DNA from: an archaeon
Lineage (GTDB): Archaea; Nanobdellota; Nanobdellia; Pacearchaeales; GW2011-AR1
DNA: 64,000 bases
Direction: 5' to 3'
NCBI GenBank assembly: GCA_043810775.1
Contig: JBDRNU010000025.1
Location: forward strand, 1 to 64,000
In this document: positions 57,217-64,000 of the stretch, in pieces
Layout of the letters: the number at the start of each line of letters is the position of its first letter
Numbering within the stretch: position 1 is the first letter of the stretch
Notes under the pieces: model-generated
Database searches by the model: none
Told to the model about the DNA's origin: nothing
Seen by the model: the letters and a program-made list of their open reading frames with translations, nothing else
Program-made: the position numbers and the translations under genes

Positions 57217-57816
57217 ATGGAGAAAGAAATTTTAGAATTATTTTTATTTAATAATAAGCTAAAGTTTAGCGAGATTGGAAAGCTCTTAAATATCAGAACA
57301 AATAAGCTGGCTTATCACTTGAATAATCTTGTTAAGAAAGGAATTTTAGTTAAAGATAAACAGTCTTATTTTCTATCAGATATTTCTGAAAGCTTAATTC
57401 CTTATTTATCTGATAAAAAAGCAGTACTTCCTGTTATTTTAGTTTTAATTGGAGATAAAAAGAAAGCTTATCTGTATAAGAGATCTAAGAGGCCGTTTAA
57501 AGGATATTTTTCCTTGCCTGGGGGAAGAATTCAGATTGGAGAAAGTATAAGTGATGCTACTAAAAGGATAATGAAGAAGTTTGGGATTAAGGCTAAATTA
57601 GGAAGAGTAAATTCTGTAAGTTTAGAGCATGTAAAGAAGAAGGGAAAAATTATCCATAGTTTTATGCTGATTTTTGTTACAGCTACTTCTAAAGATAATG
57701 TTGATTTTGTTAGTGTTGAAAGGAAAAAAAGGCAGATAATTAAGAGTGATTATTATCTTTTAAGGCATAAATCAGATGAAGAATTAGATATAAATACTAT
57801 TTTTTCAATTGATTGA
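57217..57816 (+). CDS. Winged-HTH plus Nudix-domain protein
   Basis: LKFSEI...TNKLAYHLNNL; RSKRPFKGYFSLPGGRIQIGESI. Confidence 0.8.
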   Translation: MEKEILELFLFNNKLKFSEIGKLLNIRTNKLAYHLNNLVKKGILVKDKQSYFLSDISESLIPYLSDKKAVLPVILVLIGDKKKAYLYKRSKRPFKGYFSLPGGRIQIGESISDATKRIMKKFGIKAKLGRVNSVSLEHVKKKGKIIHSFMLIFVTATSKDNVDFVSVERKKRQIIKSDYYLLRHKSDEELDINTIFSID

Positions 57817-57837
57817 ATTTCTTAGAAAGATTTATAT

Positions 57838-57856
57838 ACTATAGTTATACTATAGT
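57838..57856. promoter_or_regulatory. Two ACTATAGT palindromes, 11-bp period, between TATA box and antitoxin start
   Basis: ACTATAGT at 57838-45 and 57849-56 after TTTATATA. Confidence 0.55.
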
Positions 57857-57859
57857 CTT

Positions 57860-58090
57860 ATGGTAACAACAATTCAGCTTAATGAAAATGTAAAGAATGC
57901 TTTAGATAGATTAAAGTCAAGAAAGCAAACTTATGAAGATGTAATTTTAGAGCTTATGAGAGTTGCTGAACAATGTAAACGAGAGCAAGAACAATTGCTT
58001 ATTGAAGGTTATAAAGAAATGGCTGAAGAAAGCTTGAAGATTAATAAGGAATTTGAATCTATTGAAGAAGACTTTGATTGGAAATGGTAG
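57860..58090 (+). CDS. Antitoxin (RHH-like) of MazF/PemK pair
   Basis: MVTTIQL...L..LK...TYEDVI, LIEGYKEMAEE...EF; overlaps toxin start. Confidence 0.8.
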   Translation: MVTTIQLNENVKNALDRLKSRKQTYEDVILELMRVAEQCKREQEQLLIEGYKEMAEESLKINKEFESIEEDFDWKW

Positions 58091-58431
58091 AAATAAAAAG
58101 AGGAGATATAGTGCTTGTAAATTTAGAACCTGTAAAAGGAAGTGAACAAGGTGGAGTGAGGCCTTGTTTAATTATTCAAAATGATAAAGGGAATAAATAC
58201 AGCCCTCTGGCAATAATTGCACCCTTAACTTCAAAAGAGTTTACAAAAGAGTTTGCAACTAATGTATTTGTTTCTAAAGAAGATTCAAAATTAGACAAAG
58301 ACTCTACAATATTACTAAACCAAATAAAAACAATTGACAAGCGAAGAATAGTAAAAAAGATAAGCTTTTTAGACAGCGAAATTATGAAAAAAATTGACAT
58401 GGCTATTAAAATAAGCTTGGGTTTGGTGTAG
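58084..58431 (+). CDS. mazF: MazF/PemK endoribonuclease toxin
   Basis: RGDIV.VNL.P..GSEQGGVRP..IIQND.GN, APLTS, QIKTIDK.R. Confidence 0.94.
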   Translation: MVEIKRGDIVLVNLEPVKGSEQGGVRPCLIIQNDKGNKYSPLAIIAPLTSKEFTKEFATNVFVSKEDSKLDKDSTILLNQIKTIDKRRIVKKISFLDSEIMKKIDMAIKISLGLV

Positions 58432-58442
58432 TTAATAATAGA

Positions 58443-59273
58443 ATGATAAAATTGAGAAACTTAAAGCTGAAAAATAGATATTTTCTTGCGCCTATGGCTG
58501 AAGTTAATGATATTGTTTTTAGATTGCTATGCAAGAAAGCTGGTGCAGGATTAACTTATACTGGAATGATTCATCCTTTATCCAGGCAAAAACTAGAATT
58601 AGATGATAAACCATCCTTGCAATTGTTTTCTTCAGATGAAAAAGGAATTAAAGAATTTATTAAAAAATATGATATGGAAGTCAGCTTATGGGATTTTAAT
58701 TTAGGATGTCCTGTTAAAAGGGCTGGCGAAGGGGGTTATGGGTATTTCTTACAGGACTTAAAGATGATTGAGAGAATTTTGAAAGTTATGCGAGAAAGCA
58801 CTAAAAAGCCGATTACAGTTAAGCTTAGAAAGTCAAGTCAGGCATTGAAAATAGTTAAGATAGCTGAAAAATATTGTGATGCAATTTCAATTCATCCAAG
58901 GACATTGCAACAAGGTTATTCTGGCAAGGCTGATATTAGTTTTGCTGAGGATATTAAGAAAAAATCAAAATTACCTATTATCTATTCTGGAGATGTAAAT
59001 GAAGCTAATGTTTTTGATTTATTAGAGAAATTTGATTTTGTTATGATTGGTAGAGAAGCAATTGGAAATCCTAATATTTTTGCTAAACTCACTAATAGTA
59101 AGGTTAGCTTAGGATTTAATGATTATCTTAAGTTAACTAAGAAATATAAACTTCCTTTTAAGCAGGTTAAATTTCAAGCAATTAATTTCACTAAAAAAAG
59201 GGGAAATGCGAAGAAGTTAAGAATGGAATTGATGAACGCTAAAAACATTGAAGATATTAGTAAAATCATATAA
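58443..59273 (+). CDS. dus: tRNA-dihydrouridine synthase
   Basis: LAPMA, DFNLGCP, PITVKLR, IHPRT..QGYSG.AD, SGDV, VMIGR..IGNP. Confidence 0.92.
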   Translation: MIKLRNLKLKNRYFLAPMAEVNDIVFRLLCKKAGAGLTYTGMIHPLSRQKLELDDKPSLQLFSSDEKGIKEFIKKYDMEVSLWDFNLGCPVKRAGEGGYGYFLQDLKMIERILKVMRESTKKPITVKLRKSSQALKIVKIAEKYCDAISIHPRTLQQGYSGKADISFAEDIKKKSKLPIIYSGDVNEANVFDLLEKFDFVMIGREAIGNPNIFAKLTNSKVSLGFNDYLKLTKKYKLPFKQVKFQAINFTKKRGNAKKLRMELMNAKNIEDISKII

Positions 59274-59399
59274 CTTTGAAATTTGCAAATATTGCTTTAA
59301 AAATATTTAAATAGAATTTTAACTTTAGATATTAACATTAATAATTGAATATGAAAATAAAAGAATTAAAATTTAAAAAATAAAAAAAAAATTGAGAAA

Positions 59400-60134
59400 T
59401 TACTCGTAACCTAGTTTAGCAATATCAATAGGCATGCTGACATTTTTTCTCTCAAATCTAGCCCTGTAAGTTCCATCTCCGTTTTCAGTTAAAACTACAT
59501 CAGCGTAGTCTTCCATTCCGAAAACTCCGCCAATATCTTCGCAACTTGTAACTGGAGTTTTTCTACCAGTATTTACAGCAACTACTGCCATTGCTTCTAA
59601 AGAACCAGATTGTCCGCCTAAAACTGCTAGCTTTAAGTCAGGATTTTGAACTAGCTCGTAAATTACTTCTTTTAGCATTTGACCTCTGCTTTTACAGATT
59701 TCATTAAAAGGAGTTGTTTTTCCACCATGATATGAATTCATAGTTGGATTTGCAACTAAATCTCTTACGTAAGTGTCAGTGTCTACTTTTCCGCTTTTTA
59801 CAGCATCTTCATTGTATACAATTCCATCGTCCCCAAGTCTTTCATCTTCCATAAATGGTCTTTTTTCAACACCATTTTCAGAAGGGTCAATTCCTAGAGC
59901 ACCTAAATAAATAGCATTTGCAGTATGGGCAGTTCTATTTAATTTATTAGCTCTAAGTAAGACATTTTTTGGTCCAACTTGGTTTTGTTTGCAGTATCCA
60001 CCTAGAGTTTTTCTTGAAGTGTCATAGATTCTTTTAGAAGAATCCCACTGCACTGTATCTTCTATTGTTACTCCATTTGCGTCTTTAGGAACAATTCCGT
60101 GCCTTGATATTCTTATTCTTTTTTCTTTAATCAT
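59400..60134 (-). CDS. Histidine-phosphatase-superfamily-like protein
   Basis: ISRHG near N-terminus, RTAHTA, DERLG; the second catalytic His is not evident (GGQSG). Confidence 0.55.
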   Translation of the reverse strand: MIKEKRIRISRHGIVPKDANGVTIEDTVQWDSSKRIYDTSRKTLGGYCKQNQVGPKNVLLRANKLNRTAHTANAIYLGALGIDPSENGVEKRPFMEDERLGDDGIVYNEDAVKSGKVDTDTYVRDLVANPTMNSYHGGKTTPFNEICKSRGQMLKEVIYELVQNPDLKLAVLGGQSGSLEAMAVVAVNTGRKTPVTSCEDIGGVFGMEDYADVVLTENGDGTYRARFERKNVSMPIDIAKLGYE

Positions 60135-60185
60135 TTTACTTCTCCTTAATTTATTTAACATAATAGAGTATTTAAATCTTTCTAT

Positions 60186-60211
60186 TTGTCACTATTATTT
60201 AATGGTGACAA
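60186..60211. terminator. Inverted repeat just after the stop of 60212-61957 (terminator or operator)
   Basis: TTGTCACTATT-attt-AATGGTGACAA. Confidence 0.4.
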
Positions 60212-61957
60212 TTACTTGTTTTTTCCTTTAATCTTTCTTACAGTGCCATGATTCATTCTTAGCTCGAGTTCATCTCCGTTTTTCAGTACTTTTGTGGCTA
60301 TTTTTGTGCCTATTATGCAAGGTTTATTCATTTCTCGAGAGACTATAGCTGCATGGCTTGTAATCCCCCCTATATCAGTTATTACTGCTCTTGCTTTTCT
60401 CATTAGTTGGACAAAATCTGGACGAGTCATTGGAGTAATTAGAATTTCATCTTCTGAAATTGTTTCTTTATAGGGATTTAAAATTACTTTAGCTTTTCCT
60501 AAAATAATTGGATTTTCACCTCTACAAGCTATGATTCCTTGGAAATTTTCTGTTTCAGAATGTGAATTTTCTTTTAAGAGTATATTTTTAATTGGAATTA
60601 CATCATTTCCTGTAAAAAAGCTAATCTTATTTTTATTTTGAGATACTATAAAAATACCTTCTCTTCTTTCATTCAGTATATTTATATCAAGGTTTTTTTC
60701 AAGTAAATCTGGGAGTTCACTTATTTTTGCGTAAGATGTTAGTTTTGGTTCTAGTCCTGTTCTTTTTCCAAATTCTTCAAAAAATCTGAACATATGATGC
60801 AGCATCATTAGAACTATCTTTTTTCTTTCGTCTTTTATCCATGTTACATTTTGAATGTGCTGTAGTTCTTGGTCTATTTCTGAAGGTATTTTAAATTGTT
60901 TTATTATATTATTTCTTTTTTCTTTAATTGCTTCTGTATCTTCAAGTTCATTAAGTTCTTTTTTTAAATCAGTTAGGGTAAATTCTTTTAGTGCTCCTTT
61001 TATAAATTCAGTGAATTCTATTATTGAGAGTATTGTCCATTGCCCATATGAATTCTGCACCCAATAATAATTTTGCTGATGCTCTTGTATTGCTCTGAAT
61101 ATTTCTGGATAATTCATTTTTAGTTCTGCTAGATAATCTGCATAAGGTAGATTTTTTATAAGATTTCTTTGACGAGGGCTTTGAAAGTATTTTAAAATTA
61201 ATCTTAGGAAGTCTCTTCTTTCTCTTGCTACAAATGATAATTCAAATGGAAGTGTTAGAGTTGCAAATGATTCTTTTGCTTTTTTTTCATCACCAATTAG
61301 CTTTGTAATTTTTGGCATGTAATAATCATCTAAATAATGATTATATGGTTCAACTACTAGGCCTACTTCCCAGAATTTTCCTAGAACTTTGTTAAATTTA
61401 TTAAATTCTTCAACTAGTGCTTCATTTGATAAAGAATCAATTTTAATGAATTCTAGTCTTTTTAGGAATTTTTCTGTTTTTTCATAAATCTCTTCATATT
61501 CTTTTAAGAAGATTTCAATTTTTTCTGGATCTTCTTTTACTGCTTTTATTTGCGCTTTACAGCTTTCTAGTGATTCTTGGATACTTAGAATTTGTTTCAT
61601 GTAGTCTTTTTCTGTGTAAAATATTGAGTGTGATAAGCAGGGTTTGAAGTATTTTTCAGTGTCTGACATTTTTAAGATTCCTATTTCAAGAGTTAAAGGA
61701 AGGCCTGGAGCTTCGTCTGTCCAGAATTTTTCTGTTTTTATATAATTCATAAACTGGTCTTTATTAATTTCTTCTATTTCTTGTTTTTTATTTAGGAATT
61801 TATCAAGGTCTTGTTTTTTATAACGTCTATCTCCACGATTACCTATTCTAATTGCTTTTAAAATTCCAGAATTATCCCAGTTTCTTAGGGTTATTTTACT
61901 AACTCCAAGTAGTTTAGCTGCTGAACTTATATCAATTAAATCTGTATTTTTAACCAT
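60212..61957 (-). CDS. MerR-type HTH + helical region + PEP-utilizing enzyme mobile (phospho-His) domain
   Basis: ISSAAKLLGVS..TLRNWD..G.L...RRY; ILITPMTRPDF...TDIGGITSHAAIVSREMNKPCIIGT. Confidence 0.85.
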   Translation of the reverse strand: MVKNTDLIDISSAAKLLGVSKITLRNWDNSGILKAIRIGNRGDRRYKKQDLDKFLNKKQEIEEINKDQFMNYIKTEKFWTDEAPGLPLTLEIGILKMSDTEKYFKPCLSHSIFYTEKDYMKQILSIQESLESCKAQIKAVKEDPEKIEIFLKEYEEIYEKTEKFLKRLEFIKIDSLSNEALVEEFNKFNKVLGKFWEVGLVVEPYNHYLDDYYMPKITKLIGDEKKAKESFATLTLPFELSFVARERRDFLRLILKYFQSPRQRNLIKNLPYADYLAELKMNYPEIFRAIQEHQQNYYWVQNSYGQWTILSIIEFTEFIKGALKEFTLTDLKKELNELEDTEAIKEKRNNIIKQFKIPSEIDQELQHIQNVTWIKDERKKIVLMMLHHMFRFFEEFGKRTGLEPKLTSYAKISELPDLLEKNLDINILNERREGIFIVSQNKNKISFFTGNDVIPIKNILLKENSHSETENFQGIIACRGENPIILGKAKVILNPYKETISEDEILITPMTRPDFVQLMRKARAVITDIGGITSHAAIVSREMNKPCIIGTKIATKVLKNGDELELRMNHGTVRKIKGKNK

Positions 61958-62035
61958 TTTTAGCTAATTTTGTATATTTAAGTTGATATATATTTATAAT
62001 TAATTATTTATAAATGTTTCGATTTATACGAACTT

Positions 62036-63364
62036 TTAAAGAATCTTTATTACACCAGTATTAGCATCTACTTCAACTTCTTGGCCGTCCTTTAAGACTT
62101 GTGTAGCTATTTTAGTTCCTATAATACAAGGCTTTCTTAGTTCACGAGCTACTATAGCAGCGTGGCAAGTAATTCCACCTTCATCTGTTATTATAGCAGA
62201 AGCTTTTTTACAAGCTGTTATGATATTTGGACGTGTCATTTCACTAACTAAGACGTCTCCTTCTTGCATATTTTTTATTTTTTCCAAGTGATTGTCAGCG
62301 TTTCTATAGGAAAGCACTATAACCTTACCTTTTACTTTTCCTTTGTTTGCTATAGCTCCTTTTAATTCTTTTAAATCTAATTTTACAGATAAACTTTCTT
62401 TAATCTCTTTAGCTTTATTTCCTTCAAGTATATTTATTTCATTATTTTTTAAAATAAATATTGAGCTTTCTTTTCTTTCCTGTAATATGCTTTTTTCAAT
62501 TTTCTTTCCTGTTTCAAGCATTTTAGCTATTTCTTGATAATTGCAAAGTCTAAGCTCTTCTTTTGATATCTTAAGCCTGGTTTTTATTTCTTCTAGGATC
62601 AATTCATTATAATATAGGGCTTGCATCCAGATAAGCCTCATTCTAAATCTTTGCTCAGTTATATTTCTTAAGATATCTGAAATTAATACAGCTTCTCCTG
62701 GAATTTCAGAATTTTGAATTAAGCTCATTCTTTCTTTTTGATCTGCATCCTCTTCTTTGAATAAGACTTTTTTATTAAGATTTTTGTCTATTTTAGCTTC
62801 TTCTGACTTAATTGATTCTGCAAATGATTTTAAGAAAGGATTATTTTTTTCATTAATGATGAATCTCTTTTTAGGAGTAGTCAAAGCAATTATTATTCCA
62901 TCTATATCTTTTATTCCTTGACTGGTTAATAAATCTCTTAATTTTTTTTCTATTTTACTTATATTATGTGGTTGAGTTGCAATGTAGCTTATAAAACACT
63001 CTTTTATTCCCCTTCCAAAAGTATCTAGTAAGTTACTTAACTCTTCATTGCTTATTTCTTTGAAATCTTGTTCAGCTAGTTTTTGCATTTGGGTCACTAT
63101 CGAACTGTAAGCAGTTTTTACTTCTTTTTCAAATTTCTTGAATTTAGTAGTACTTCTGAAAAATTCATATCCTTCATTTTCAGCTTTTTTAAGTTCTTCT
63201 TCTTGAACATAAAATTCAGCATTAAATCCATTACCCCATACTAGTGCTTGGCTTATTCCAAATCCAAATCTTTCTTTTAGTCTTGGACCGTAATTTAGCA
63301 AGATACCATTTAAGTCATAGTAATTCTGATTTTCATCTGCCCACATTAAAATATATTTATTCAT
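62036..63364 (-). CDS. Helical region + PEP-utilizing enzyme mobile (phospho-His) domain
   Basis: GKVKGKV, VLVSEMTRP, TDEGGITCHAAIVARELRKPCIIGT, VEVDANTG. Confidence 0.88.
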   Translation of the reverse strand: MNKYILMWADENQNYYDLNGILLNYGPRLKERFGFGISQALVWGNGFNAEFYVQEEELKKAENEGYEFFRSTTKFKKFEKEVKTAYSSIVTQMQKLAEQDFKEISNEELSNLLDTFGRGIKECFISYIATQPHNISKIEKKLRDLLTSQGIKDIDGIIIALTTPKKRFIINEKNNPFLKSFAESIKSEEAKIDKNLNKKVLFKEEDADQKERMSLIQNSEIPGEAVLISDILRNITEQRFRMRLIWMQALYYNELILEEIKTRLKISKEELRLCNYQEIAKMLETGKKIEKSILQERKESSIFILKNNEINILEGNKAKEIKESLSVKLDLKELKGAIANKGKVKGKVIVLSYRNADNHLEKIKNMQEGDVLVSEMTRPNIITACKKASAIITDEGGITCHAAIVARELRKPCIIGTKIATQVLKDGQEVEVDANTGVIKIL

Positions 63365-64000
63365 TTTGTCCTCTTTCTGTATATTCTCTGCATCTAGCTC
63401 TTACTTTATTATCGCTTTCTTGCACATATGCACTCCATTTTTCATAATTTAGATACTTCAGTCTTCTTATACCTGAATAAGCATCTGCCCAGATTCTTTC
63501 ACCCAATTTTCTTCCTTGAACTATAAGTTCGTGAGCTTCTTGATCTCTAGCTGCTTTATCTCCAGCACGGTATTCCCATCCATTCATTGAATAGTATCTT
63601 GCATCTGCAGGTTTAAGGTCTTCTGGAGTTTTTCCTTGTTTTTTAGGAATAACTACTCTATTTACAAAGTCATTAGGGACTTCTGTGTCATCCATATCTT
63701 TTCCATAAACTTTATGTGTGAATTTTGTTCCTTCAAGAACTGTTTTGTATTTTCTTCCTTTTCTTTGACCTGCTTGTTTTTGATATTCTCCAAGAATATG
63801 TGTGTCTACTGCATAAACTTTATCAGCTTGTCTTAATTTTTCTCTTGTTGAAGCTTTTCTACCAGTATTCCTAAGGGCCTCTATGTCTAAGTTATATCTA
63901 CCTATACTTTCTTCTAAAGCTTGAATATGCTTATCTTCAATAGGATGGTTTTCTTTATTTCCTATATAGTCTGGATGACCCATGCCTTCGGCTGTAATCT
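63357..64000 (-). CDS. Possible LMW-PTP/arsenate-reductase-fold protein (5'-truncated by window edge)
   Basis: Frame stays open to window end (..ITAEGMGH..); REKLRQADKVYAVD and EVPND resemble the LMW-PTP AD.I..MD and DVPDP segments; P-loop not visible. Confidence 0.4.
   Translation of the reverse strand, partial: ITAEGMGHPDYIGNKENHPIEDKHIQALEESIGRYNLDIEALRNTGRKASTREKLRQADKVYAVDTHILGEYQKQAGQRKGRKYKTVLEGTKFTHKVYGKDMDDTEVPNDFVNRVVIPKKQGKTPEDLKPADARYYSMNGWEYRAGDKAARDQEAHELIVQGRKLGERIWADAYSGIRRLKYLNYEKWSAYVQESDNKVRARCREYTERGQNE

Noticed and set aside
60212-63364. Annotating the two PEP-utilizer genes as PEP synthase or PPDK
   Set aside because: Only the mobile His domain is recognisable; ATP-grasp and PEP-binding barrel motifs are not seen.
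1-64000. CRISPR array or cas genes
   Set aside because: No regularly spaced direct repeats with unique spacers and no Cas-like ORFs were seen.

Overview
AT-rich, gene-dense archaeal chromosome segment, probably a DPANN archaeon (Pacearchaeota/Woesearchaeota-like; inferred from archaeal TFS, Cdc48, PolB, FEN1, RFC-S/L, eL41, type II MAP and TTTATA-type promoters just ahead of start codons). It carries tRNA-Lys(CTT), housekeeping genes, two toxin-antitoxin pairs (MNT-HEPN, MazF/PemK), a cluster of similar membrane proteins, a 2524-aa subtilase and an L,D-transpeptidase-like protein. The most striking region is an ~11 kb block (9.7-20.6 kb). It holds a complete NAD+ salvage route (PncB, PncA, NadE, Nudix, NadM-like, NAD kinase) translationally coupled to a Ser/Thr kinase and a vWA protein. 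It also holds a truncated pyruvate-kinase-like enzyme, a nucleoside deoxyribosyltransferase-like protein, a nucleotidyltransferase-methyltransferase fusion, a HemK-like methyltransferase and NrtR, with four GT-N7-AC NrtR-type operators visible in the two promoters. A second unexplained module at the right end has two PEP-utilizer mobile-domain proteins flanked by two phosphatase-like genes. Several short genes and pseudogenes missed by the ORF track were read by hand. All functional calls rest on motif recognition by eye; no database searches were run.
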